This document shows positions 11,678-20,420 of a DNA stretch of 64,000 nucleotides, piece after piece. The DNA lies in the NCBI GenBank assembly GCA_945888525.1, contig CAMDAF010000001.1, forward strand, positions 160,059 to 224,058. Direction: 5' to 3'. The stretch is from Chitinophaga pinensis. Lineage in GTDB: Bacteria; Bacteroidota; Bacteroidia; NS11-12g; UBA955. How positions within the stretch are numbered: the first letter of the stretch is position 1; every line of letters starts with the position of its first letter. The position numbers and the translations under genes were made by a program. The notes under the pieces were generated by a model that did no database searches, had not been told where the DNA came from, and saw nothing but the letters and a program-made list of their open reading frames with translations.

Positions 11678-12695
11678 AATATGCAGTTTCATTGCAGTAG
11701 CGCTAATTGCTTTCTCATCTTGTAAGAAAGACCAAGACCTAAAGGTTGAAACAGAAAATTATAAAGGTGTCTTTGTTGTTAATGAAGGCGGATTTGGAAA
11801 ATCAAATGGAAGTATCGGCCTGTATAAACCTGGGTCAAGAACATATCTCGATGCTTTCAAAAAAGCCAATGGCTTGCCATTAGGCGATGTGGTACAATCT
11901 ATGTCTCTAATTGGGAACAATTTTTACATCGTTGTAAACAATTCAAATAAAATTGAGGTTGTGTCGCAAAGTGAATTCAAATCTGTGAGTACAATTTCAA
12001 CGCCTTCTCCAAGATATGTATTAGATGTATCCTACAACAAAGCTTATGTAAGTAACTTTTACTCCAATTCAATCAAAGTACTAGATCTAAACACTAATAG
12101 TATTTCAAAGTCCATTGAAATATCTCACAACAGCGACCAAATGGCGCTTATGAATAAAAAAGTTTATGTCACCACTTTTGACAATAAATTAATGGTTCTT
12201 AATTCGCTCAACGATGCTATAGTGGATTCAATCGCAACAGCGTCTGGATTAAGTAAAATTGTAAATATTGGGGCTTCAAGACTAGCGGTTCTTTGCACAG
12301 GGGTAGTCGATTGGAACAATGGCAGTGTCATCGAAAATGGAAAAATTCAAATCATCAATCTTGGAAATAGTATTGAAAGTTCGTTTAACTTAAGCTCTGG
12401 TAGTTATGGCGGATCAATGGTATACGTAAGCAACACAGCTCTATTGTATTTTTCTTTGGGAAACAATGTGATTTATAAAATGGATCTTTCAGGAAATATA
12501 TCTGAGTTTAAAACTTTAGAGGCTGGCAGAAACGTTTACAGCTTAACCTATAATTCATCCAATTCAAGTATCTACGTAACCGATGCAGGCGATTTTAACT
12601 CGGCTGGAAAAGTGATGGTATATGACCTTTCGGGAAATAAAACCTTAGAATTTGATGCCGGAATTGCGCCCAATGCGATTTTAATGAACGAATAA
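11664..12695 (+). CDS. btuG: BtuG-like beta-propeller surface lipoprotein (YncE family)
   Basis: Lipobox FSSC + KKD; VVNEGGF and LGDVVQSM..YIVVNNSNKIEV motifs as in Bacteroidota BtuG. Overlaps btuB. Confidence 0.8.
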   Translation: MNKNKICSFIAVALIAFSSCKKDQDLKVETENYKGVFVVNEGGFGKSNGSIGLYKPGSRTYLDAFKKANGLPLGDVVQSMSLIGNNFYIVVNNSNKIEVVSQSEFKSVSTISTPSPRYVLDVSYNKAYVSNFYSNSIKVLDLNTNSISKSIEISHNSDQMALMNKKVYVTTFDNKLMVLNSLNDAIVDSIATASGLSKIVNIGASRLAVLCTGVVDWNNGSVIENGKIQIINLGNSIESSFNLSSGSYGGSMVYVSNTALLYFSLGNNVIYKMDLSGNISEFKTLEAGRNVYSLTYNSSNSSIYVTDAGDFNSAGKVMVYDLSGNKTLEFDAGIAPNAILMNE

Positions 12696-13724
12696 TTGAA
12701 GTTCATTTATTGTGCTTTTTGTGTTTTATTCCTAACTGCTTGTAAACCAAATATACAACAGTTAACAATTGAACATCCTATATCTTTTGAAGAAATTGAC
12801 TATTCCAATATGTTTGGAATAGCGAATTTTGATTCTTATTCTCAATTGTTTTTCCTTGATGGAACTGATACCACATGGAGCATTAAAAGTTCTGATCTTC
12901 CTTCAAACCCAAAAATGGTCGTGCTGTCATCAGTTTTTGCTGGTTATGTTGAACTTTTAGAAAAACAAGATCAAATCATTGGCGTTGATAATTATAAATA
13001 TTACTGTGACAGTTTGTTGTTAAAAAGATTTGAGCAACAAAAAACCATAGAAATAGGTGAGGAGGGGCAGCTTAATTTGAGCAAGCTATTGCAGTTGAGG
13101 CCAGATGTTTTGATATGCAGTTCTTTTTCTTCACAAGACCAATCTTTAATTAAACGTTTAAAAAAGTCGGGTATTAAGCTTGTATTCTGCGATAATTTCA
13201 AAGAACAAAATCCTCTGGCCCGCGCAGAATGGATTAAACTATTTGGGTTTTTATTTAACTGCCAAAGCAAAGCCGATAGTTTGTTTGACGGTATAGCGAA
13301 TAGGTATGAAAAACAAATTTCAATTAATAGAGCAAAGTCGTTAAAGCCTCTTGTTTTAACGGATGCCCTTTATTCGGATGTTTGGAATGTTCCGGGTGGC
13401 AATAGTTATACTGCTAAATTAATAGAAGATGCGAATGGCACCTATGTTTTTAAAAATAAAAACGAGTTGTTTTCTTATCCTTTAAGTCTTGAACTTGTGC
13501 TCAAAGCGTCTGAAAATTGCGATATTTGGCTTCATGTAAACCAATATAAAACCAAAGAAGAACTTTTCAAAGCCAATAACAGGTACGCGTTACTAAATGT
13601 GTTCAAACAATCTCGAATTTTCAACAACAACAAAAGGGAAAATAGGTTTGGAGGCAATGGTTTTTGGGAAATAGGGGTCGTTAGGCCTGATTTAGTGCTT
13701 AAAGATTTGATCTCAATTTTTTAA
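12696..13724 (+). CDS. btuF: Periplasmic cobalamin/Fe-siderophore ABC substrate-binding lipoprotein (BtuF-like); possibly C-terminally truncated
   Basis: Lipobox LTAC; EQNPLARAEWIKLFG, WNVPGGNSY, FWEIGVVRPDLVLKDL. Confidence 0.8.
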   Translation: MKFIYCAFCVLFLTACKPNIQQLTIEHPISFEEIDYSNMFGIANFDSYSQLFFLDGTDTTWSIKSSDLPSNPKMVVLSSVFAGYVELLEKQDQIIGVDNYKYYCDSLLLKRFEQQKTIEIGEEGQLNLSKLLQLRPDVLICSSFSSQDQSLIKRLKKSGIKLVFCDNFKEQNPLARAEWIKLFGFLFNCQSKADSLFDGIANRYEKQISINRAKSLKPLVLTDALYSDVWNVPGGNSYTAKLIEDANGTYVFKNKNELFSYPLSLELVLKASENCDIWLHVNQYKTKEELFKANNRYALLNVFKQSRIFNNNKRENRFGGNGFWEIGVVRPDLVLKDLISIF

Positions 13725-13790
13725 AATTCAAATATTTCTGATGAGAAATTTTATTTTTATACCCGCGTCGATTAGATTTGCATTTTAATC

Positions 13791-15185
13791 GTGCTGTTTA
13801 ACTCCTGGATATTTTTTCTGTTCCTTCCGCTGGTCTTTGCAGCAGTTTACTCTATTCCTCAAAAGTATAGATGGATTGTCCTTCTTGTTGCATCTTACAT
13901 TTTTTATGGTTGGTGGAAAGCAGAATTTCTTTTAATCATTGCTTTCTCAACCGTATTGGATTATTTCTGTGCACTGAAAATTGAAGACTCCCCCAATCAA
14001 TTTATAAGAAAAAGATGGCTAACTCTAAGTTTAGGTATTAACCTTGGTATACTGTTTTTATTCAAGTATTTTTATTTCTTCATCGGCAGTACCTCATGGA
14101 TGCAAGATCTAGTTAGTCCGCACCAAACACTAAAAGGCCTTCTCGATTTTTTGGGTAAGTCGCTGCCAGTTGGTATTTCATTCTATACCTTCCAAACCAT
14201 GAGTTACACACTGGATGTTTATTACAAAAGGGCCAAACCAGAGAGGCATCTTGGGCAGTTTGCACTTTTTGTGTCGTATTTTCCACAACTGGTAGCTGGA
14301 CCTATTGAACGTTTTAAGCATCTAAATGAGCAATTGAAAGTTGAGCATAAATTAGTATATAAAAATTTGCAGTTAGGCTTTAGACTTATGCTTTACGGTT
14401 TTTTTGTAAAAATGGTTATAGCCGACAATCTTTCTTATACCGTTAGCTCTATTTTTAACGACCCTGGTAAGTGGAAATATTACTGGAATATCATTGGTGT
14501 TTTGAGCTTTGGTTTTCAAATTTACGCCGACTTCTTTGGTTATTCATTAATTGCCCAAGGTGTAGCAAAATTATTTGGCATTGAATTAATGGACAATTTT
14601 AACCGTCCTTACCTCTCTGCTAATATTAGTGAATTTTGGAAACGCTGGCATATTTCTTTGAGTACCTGGTTTCGCGATTATGTATACATTCCATTGGGTG
14701 GAAATAGAGTGTCTCACTCTAAATGGATACTAAACATTATGTTGGTTTTTGTTTTGAGTGGATTATGGCATGGTGCCAATTACACCTTCTTGATTTGGGG
14801 CACTTTGCATGGTGTCTTTTATCTTGTTGAACGTTTCTTCCCATTCTCATTGAAATTTAAATGCTTAAATGTATTGATTACATTTTTTGCAGTATCTTTT
14901 GCTTGGATATTCTTTAGAGCCGAAAATTTAGAACAGGCAATTCAAGTAATAAATGGTTTGCTTGGTGGTCTAGACGGACAAAGGCACTTGGATACACAGC
15001 CCTATATTTTCCTATTGTTATTGATTTTTGGAGTTTTAGAATTAGCCCGGGGAAACAAACGCTTCGATCAATTTTGTGCCTCTTATTCTGGCATTCAACG
15101 GTGGACGCTCTATTGCTTTTTAATCTTTTGTATTCTCACCGTTTGTGGTTCAGAATACAGTGCTTTTATTTATTTTAAATTCTAA
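13791..15185 (+). CDS. MBOAT O-acyltransferase (AlgI/PatA/DltB family)
   Basis: LPVGISFYTFQTMSY, FPQLVAGPIER, EFWKRWHISLSTWFRDYVYIPLGG, catalytic SGLWHGA, C-terminal FIYFKF. Confidence 0.95.
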   Translation: MLFNSWIFFLFLPLVFAAVYSIPQKYRWIVLLVASYIFYGWWKAEFLLIIAFSTVLDYFCALKIEDSPNQFIRKRWLTLSLGINLGILFLFKYFYFFIGSTSWMQDLVSPHQTLKGLLDFLGKSLPVGISFYTFQTMSYTLDVYYKRAKPERHLGQFALFVSYFPQLVAGPIERFKHLNEQLKVEHKLVYKNLQLGFRLMLYGFFVKMVIADNLSYTVSSIFNDPGKWKYYWNIIGVLSFGFQIYADFFGYSLIAQGVAKLFGIELMDNFNRPYLSANISEFWKRWHISLSTWFRDYVYIPLGGNRVSHSKWILNIMLVFVLSGLWHGANYTFLIWGTLHGVFYLVERFFPFSLKFKCLNVLITFFAVSFAWIFFRAENLEQAIQVINGLLGGLDGQRHLDTQPYIFLLLLIFGVLELARGNKRFDQFCASYSGIQRWTLYCFLIFCILTVCGSEYSAFIYFKF

Positions 15186-16210
15186 TGGAAGTAAACATCA
15201 AACATATAAGCTTTAAAGTATTGGCCTTGGCATTGACGGTTTCAATAAGCGCTTTTGTTTACAAAAAAATATATTGGGTTCCTGAGCTCAAAGACCAAGG
15301 TCCAATGTTGTTTAACCTCCTGGAATTTGAATGGCACAATGATGTTTTATATCTTGGAGAGTCTTCAAACTATTGGATTGCACCTGAAGACCAAGACAAA
15401 CGAACCATAAGCGACATGATCAATGACAGTTTGCCAGGCTTTAGATTAAGTGGAATGCAGGTTCCTGCTTACCATGCAGGCATGTTTCTTCCAATTGTAA
15501 ATATGATTGATCCTGCAAGCAGAGTAAAGCATTTGGTTGTTACGATGAATCTAAGGTCATTCGACAAGCCGTGGATATTGTCTACCCAAGAAGGTGCTTT
15601 GATGCGTGCAAAATGTTTCTATTACAACAGCAATCCAATTTACAATAGAATGTGCGCTGCCCTGGGCTACTATGAAAATCCTAGTGCTGAGTCGCAAGAC
15701 AAGAAAATGCTAGAAGCCTTTGAATTCGATACGTTGAAAGTTGATTTTCCATTGCAATTTAAGACCATCAAACGTTGGTGCGAGCAAGAGAAATTTCCAT
15801 TGCCACAAGGGGGTGAAGATTTTCCTAAAAGAGAGTTGGCCGACCATTACATCAAAGCGTATGCCTTTCAAATCGATACCAATACCAATCCAAGAATTAA
15901 AGATTTTGATGCCATCGTAAAGGTTTGCAAACAAAAAAACATCAAATTGTATTTTAATCTAATGGCTGAAAATATTGAATGGGCAGACAGTTTGGTCGGT
16001 AAAGAATTGGTCTATTTTATGAAAGCTAACCGAGATTTGTTGCTTGCCCGTTATAGCAGCATGGGTGTTGTAATGGTCGATAATTTAGAATCTGTTCCTG
16101 GTGGGTATTTCGGTGAAAAGAATTGGACGACCGAGCATTACAATCAATTTGGACGTCTGATTGTTGCTAGGAATGTCGCAAATTCATTAAAGAAAAATCT
16201 AAAACGTTAA
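15185..16210 (+). CDS. Membrane-anchored SGNH-like acyltransferase partner (AlgJ/PatB/DltD-like)
   Basis: N-terminal TM; YLGESS block-I-like Ser; C-terminal TEHYNQFGR His. Coupled (TAATG) to the MBOAT gene. Confidence 0.6.
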   Translation: MEVNIKHISFKVLALALTVSISAFVYKKIYWVPELKDQGPMLFNLLEFEWHNDVLYLGESSNYWIAPEDQDKRTISDMINDSLPGFRLSGMQVPAYHAGMFLPIVNMIDPASRVKHLVVTMNLRSFDKPWILSTQEGALMRAKCFYYNSNPIYNRMCAALGYYENPSAESQDKKMLEAFEFDTLKVDFPLQFKTIKRWCEQEKFPLPQGGEDFPKRELADHYIKAYAFQIDTNTNPRIKDFDAIVKVCKQKNIKLYFNLMAENIEWADSLVGKELVYFMKANRDLLLARYSSMGVVMVDNLESVPGGYFGEKNWTTEHYNQFGRLIVARNVANSLKKNLKR

Positions 16211-16243
16211 CTCTTTGTTATCTTATTATGATGCATATCATAT

Positions 16244-16266
16244 TTGTTTAGAATTATTCTAAATAA
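16244..16266. promoter_or_regulatory. Fur-family-type palindrome TTTAGAA-TTA-TTCTAAA
   Basis: 17-bp dyad (16247-16263) upstream of a FecA-like receptor. Confidence 0.65.
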
Positions 16267-16304
16267 GTTTTTTTATTAAATTTTTTAGTGATAACATTGC
16301 AGCC

Positions 16305-16327
16305 TTATTTAAATCGATTCTAAATTA
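16305..16327. promoter_or_regulatory. Second, degenerate copy of the palindrome (TTATTTAAATCGATTCTAAATTA)
   Basis: Shares the ATTCTAAAT half-site. Sits between a TAACATTG -7-like box and the ATG. Confidence 0.5.
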
Positions 16328-16328
16328 G

Positions 16329-18527
16329 ATGCAAAAAATATATTTTCTAAGCGTTTTATTATTGCTTCACATAGCCGGCTATGCACAAAATTCAAGCTTA
16401 CCTATTCAAAATGAGGATTCCAGTATAAACGATATAAACTCGGTTATCGTTCGTTCAAAAAGTGATGGGTTATTTAAAAGTATAGCAGGTTCAGTCGCAA
16501 CCTTGTCGATGGCCGAAATTAAAAGATCTAACCCAATTTCCGCAAATGAAATGTTTAGAAAGATTTCTGGTGTTCATGTTGTGGATGAGGAGGGTGCTGG
16601 CATGCGCATAAATATAGGCATGCGCGGTATGGATCCAGATCGAAGCAGAGGTGTATTGGTTTTAGAAGACGGAATACCTGTTTCTTTAAATCCTTATGGC
16701 GAACCAGAGATGTATTACAGTCCTGTAATAGATCGAATGTCTGGACTAGAAGTCTTGAAAGGCAGTGGTCAAATTATGTTCGGACCACAAACGATAGGGG
16801 GTGTGGTAAATTACATTACAATGAACCCTACACCAAAACAATCATTGCGATTTAAGCTCGGCATCGGTGAGGGTGGATTTAAGTCTACTTTGCTTAATTA
16901 CAGCAATTCATTTGAGAAATTAGGCATTGTTGCAACATTATTGCACAAACAGGCAGATAAATTAGGCTATGCAAAATTTGGAATAACAGATTTTAGCACA
17001 AAATTAGTCTACGATTTCAACAGGAATACCAAACTCATAGTAAAAATTGGCTTGTATAATGAATTGTCAAATTCTACATATATTGGTTTAACACAAACCA
17101 TGTATGACCAAGGTGGGCAAGATTTTGTTTTGATGGCGCCCGACGACCGTTTAGACATTAAAAGGTATTCTTTAAGCGCTTCCTTTAACAAAAATATAAG
17201 TAAAAAACTTAAGTTCAATACCACAATTTATGGATACACAACCAGTAGAAATTGGCAAAGACAAGATTTTTCATCAAGCAAAACAGCTTCAAAACTAACA
17301 GGTGTTATATGGGGCGATAGCAGTTTGCCAAATGGAGCTGTATTTATGCGAAACTCAAATGCCCATCGAAATAGGCAATTTGAGGTTTTAGGTTCTGAAT
17401 CAAAACTTTTATATCTATACCAGTTGTGGAATGTAAAATCAGAACTAAATGTAGGTGTGAGATACCTTTTTGAAAGGGCTATTGAACAAAGGCTAAATGG
17501 AAAGAAACTTGACTCTAGAACTGGAGATTTGGTAGAAGATGAGATTAGAACAGGTAATGCTTTTAGTGCATATGCACAGAACAAAATGAATTTATCAAAA
17601 AAGTTCATACTTTCATTTGGCCTAAGATTAGAATCTTACAACTACCAAAGGAACATATTTAGAAATACGTTTTTAATTAACAATGTTTCTAAATTGCTTG
17701 ACACAAATCTATTGGCCAGCAATGAAATATTAACACTTATTCCGGGTGCAGGAATTAATTATCAAATGTCTAAGAATTTGACAGTATTTGGTGGTATTCA
17801 CAAAGGCTATGCACCACCGAGGGTAAAAGATGCCATTACCAGTTCAGGTCAAGTTTATCAATTGGATGCGGAAAGCAGTTGGAATTATGAGTTGGGATTG
17901 AGAGGTGCGTTTAAAAAGGTTTTGTCCTATGAATTTACAGGGTTTTATATGGATTTTAGCAATCAAATTATACCTGTCTCCGAGTCTTCAGGTGGCACTG
18001 GTGCAGGACTGATAAATGGCGGTGAAACCATACACAAGGGCCTCGAATTGTCCTATAATGTAAAATTATCTGATTGGTTTAAAACAAAATCTAAAATCGT
18101 TTTTAGCAACAACATAACATATGTTAAAGCATACTTTTCTGAGGATAGATATGTAAAAGATGGTACCGTAAATGTCAATATAAATGGCAATAAAACACCT
18201 TACGCTCCTGGATATTATCTCAACTATGCTTTGAATTATGAAACAAAATTTAATTTAGGATTCCTTTTTAGTGCCAACTATACCGGTAGCCAATTTGGTG
18301 ATGTGCTCAATACTGAATTGCCGTCTTTGGATGGCAGAATTGGCAAAATTAAAGACTATTCGGTATACGATTGCAACCTCTATTATAATGCAAGTAAATT
18401 AAAAACAACCTTTAGCTTTACCATTAAAAATATCTTTGACGAACGTTATATCGTTTCTAGAAGACCTCAAGGCATAAGGGTTGGCCTACCAAGGTACTTT
18501 ATGGGTACTATTCAGATTGACTTGTAA
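16329..18527 (+). CDS. TonB-dependent receptor, FecA-like (iron uptake)
   Basis: Signal peptide; NIGMRGMDPDRSRGVLVLEDGIP, YYSP..RM..LEVLKG, GPQTIGGVVNYIT, and YIVSRRPQGIRVGLPR near the C-terminus. Confidence 0.9.
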   Translation: MQKIYFLSVLLLLHIAGYAQNSSLPIQNEDSSINDINSVIVRSKSDGLFKSIAGSVATLSMAEIKRSNPISANEMFRKISGVHVVDEEGAGMRINIGMRGMDPDRSRGVLVLEDGIPVSLNPYGEPEMYYSPVIDRMSGLEVLKGSGQIMFGPQTIGGVVNYITMNPTPKQSLRFKLGIGEGGFKSTLLNYSNSFEKLGIVATLLHKQADKLGYAKFGITDFSTKLVYDFNRNTKLIVKIGLYNELSNSTYIGLTQTMYDQGGQDFVLMAPDDRLDIKRYSLSASFNKNISKKLKFNTTIYGYTTSRNWQRQDFSSSKTASKLTGVIWGDSSLPNGAVFMRNSNAHRNRQFEVLGSESKLLYLYQLWNVKSELNVGVRYLFERAIEQRLNGKKLDSRTGDLVEDEIRTGNAFSAYAQNKMNLSKKFILSFGLRLESYNYQRNIFRNTFLINNVSKLLDTNLLASNEILTLIPGAGINYQMSKNLTVFGGIHKGYAPPRVKDAITSSGQVYQLDAESSWNYELGLRGAFKKVLSYEFTGFYMDFSNQIIPVSESSGGTGAGLINGGETIHKGLELSYNVKLSDWFKTKSKIVFSNNITYVKAYFSEDRYVKDGTVNVNINGNKTPYAPGYYLNYALNYETKFNLGFLFSANYTGSQFGDVLNTELPSLDGRIGKIKDYSVYDCNLYYNASKLKTTFSFTIKNIFDERYIVSRRPQGIRVGLPRYFMGTIQIDL

Positions 18528-18568
18528 TGTTTTGTTGGTTTAAATCTTTTTTAACTAATATTGCTTTA

Positions 18569-19108
18569 GTGAAAAAGTTCATTTTATATTCTGTTTTTTT
18601 TACTGCAATAAGTTGTGCTCTATTTGCATGCAATCAAGCATCTTCATTTACATTGTTGTCGGGTACAAAAATCACTTTGAATTCAAAATTGTGTGTTTAT
18701 ATTTTTCTAAATTCAGAATGTCCCATTTGTCAAAAATACCAAGGGACTTTTAAGTCAATGGAATTAGATAGTGTGCAAGTTTACTATGTTTTTCCAGGTT
18801 TACAAAGCAAAGAAATGATCAAAGAAATGTGTGAATTTGATTCTATCAGTTTTAACCGTGTTATCCTAGACTCAGATTATAGATTAACCAAACAATTGAA
18901 AGCGCATACGACTCCGGAGGCAATCATCATAAAGGACAATAAAACATATTACAGTGGTTTGATTGACGACCGTTTCACCTCAATTGGTACATCAAAATCA
19001 AGTGCAAGTATAAATTATATTGAGAATGCACTAAATTCGCTGCATAAAAATGAAGCCATTAAAATACCATATACCAAAGCTGTTGGTTGTTTTATTGAGC
19101 CTAATTAG
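18569..19108 (+). CDS. Redoxin/thioredoxin-fold lipoprotein
   Basis: GTG start gives a KKFILYSVFFTAISCALFAC lipoprotein signal; ECPIC, TTPEA, YSGLIDDR, and C-terminal AVGC. ATG 18527 is an alternative start. Confidence 0.8.
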   Translation: MKKFILYSVFFTAISCALFACNQASSFTLLSGTKITLNSKLCVYIFLNSECPICQKYQGTFKSMELDSVQVYYVFPGLQSKEMIKEMCEFDSISFNRVILDSDYRLTKQLKAHTTPEAIIIKDNKTYYSGLIDDRFTSIGTSKSSASINYIENALNSLHKNEAIKIPYTKAVGCFIEPN

Positions 19109-20420
19109 TATTGTTTGGAATGCCTGCAGCCTAAAACCGGTTCCAAACTTTGCAAAAGATATTGCCCCAATTATTCACAGCAAATGTTCTCCTTGCCACC
19201 ATAAAAATGGCACAGCCCCTTTTTCATTAATGACATACAATGACGTATCAAAGAGAGCAAAAATGGTTGCTTTTGTTACAGCTAAAGCTTATATGCCTCC
19301 TTGGCCTGCAGACCATAATTACAGTCATTTTTTAAATGAAAGGGTTTTGTCTGATTTTGAAAAAGAACAAATTCAAAATTGGTTTAAAAACAAATGTCCT
19401 AAAGGTGATTTGTCTGCTTTGAAGTATCCCAATTTTGAAAACAATCTGTCTTCACTTGGTAAGCCAGATTTAATATTGAGCTTTCAAGACATTGAAATTT
19501 TCAATGACAATAAAGACCGTTTTTATGTACTTAAATTGCCTTATCAAATGAACCAAGAGCGCTATGTTAGAGCTTTGGAATTTATTCCAGGGCAATACCA
19601 ATATGCCCACCATGTCAATGGACATTACTTAAGGTTTTCAGATGAAAGCAATCCATTCTCGGGCCTAATGAAAACCGATATCGAATCGGCCAACTATTCA
19701 AAAGAATTTATGGAAATGAATTTAGTGAATGCCGATGGCAGTATTCCTTTTCGTGTGCATTCGGCTGTCAATTATTTGCCAGGAGCCTACGGGGTTAAAT
19801 ATCCAAAAGGAATTGGCGGTTTTTTGATGGGCAAGAAAGGGGCTTTTGTCGCCAATGATTTTCACTTTGGTCCCTCGCGCAAACATTTAATTGACAGTTC
19901 TAAAATCTATGTTTACTTTTCAGACCAAGCGCCTCAGCGGGCAACCTATGAATTGATGATGGGCACCAATGGTGTTTCTGAAATTACCCCTGCGCTGATC
20001 GTTCAAGCAAATACCATTAGTAAACATGTGTCCAAATTGACCATTTACAACGACATCTCAATATTAACGGTTAACCCTCACATGCATTTAATCGGCAAGT
20101 CTGTTAAAGCCTATGCCTTAAAGCCAAATGGGGATACTCTGAAATTAATTTCAATCCCTAAGTGGCAATTTCGTTGGCAATATTTTTACACCTACCAATC
20201 GCCTCAAAAAGTACCAAAAGGAAGTACCATTGTTTTAGAAGCAATATTTGACAACACCTTAAAAAATCCCAATAACCCCAATAATCCGCCGAAAACAATA
20301 AGTGAACGATTTGAGAATGCTGGCGCAAGTATGCGCACCACAGATGAAATGCTTCAGTTCATTATCACATATATGCCGTATCAAAAAGGGGATGAATTAA
20401 TTGACCTATCCAAACCATGA
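19050..20420 (+). CDS. c-type cytochrome + copper type II (PHM/DBH-like) monooxygenase domain lipoprotein
   Basis: Lipobox WNAC; CSPCH heme motif with APFSL and MPPW; AHHV, DFHF, PHMH, WQFRWQYFY and TTDEM. Confidence 0.75.
   Translation: MKPLKYHIPKLLVVLLSLISIVWNACSLKPVPNFAKDIAPIIHSKCSPCHHKNGTAPFSLMTYNDVSKRAKMVAFVTAKAYMPPWPADHNYSHFLNERVLSDFEKEQIQNWFKNKCPKGDLSALKYPNFENNLSSLGKPDLILSFQDIEIFNDNKDRFYVLKLPYQMNQERYVRALEFIPGQYQYAHHVNGHYLRFSDESNPFSGLMKTDIESANYSKEFMEMNLVNADGSIPFRVHSAVNYLPGAYGVKYPKGIGGFLMGKKGAFVANDFHFGPSRKHLIDSSKIYVYFSDQAPQRATYELMMGTNGVSEITPALIVQANTISKHVSKLTIYNDISILTVNPHMHLIGKSVKAYALKPNGDTLKLISIPKWQFRWQYFYTYQSPQKVPKGSTIVLEAIFDNTLKNPNNPNNPPKTISERFENAGASMRTTDEMLQFIITYMPYQKGDELIDLSKP

Noticed and set aside
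9511-16210. MBOAT pair as part of the B12-regulated operon
   Set aside because: A consensus -7 box (TAGATTTG) sits 10 nt before the MBOAT start, so independent transcription is more parsimonious.
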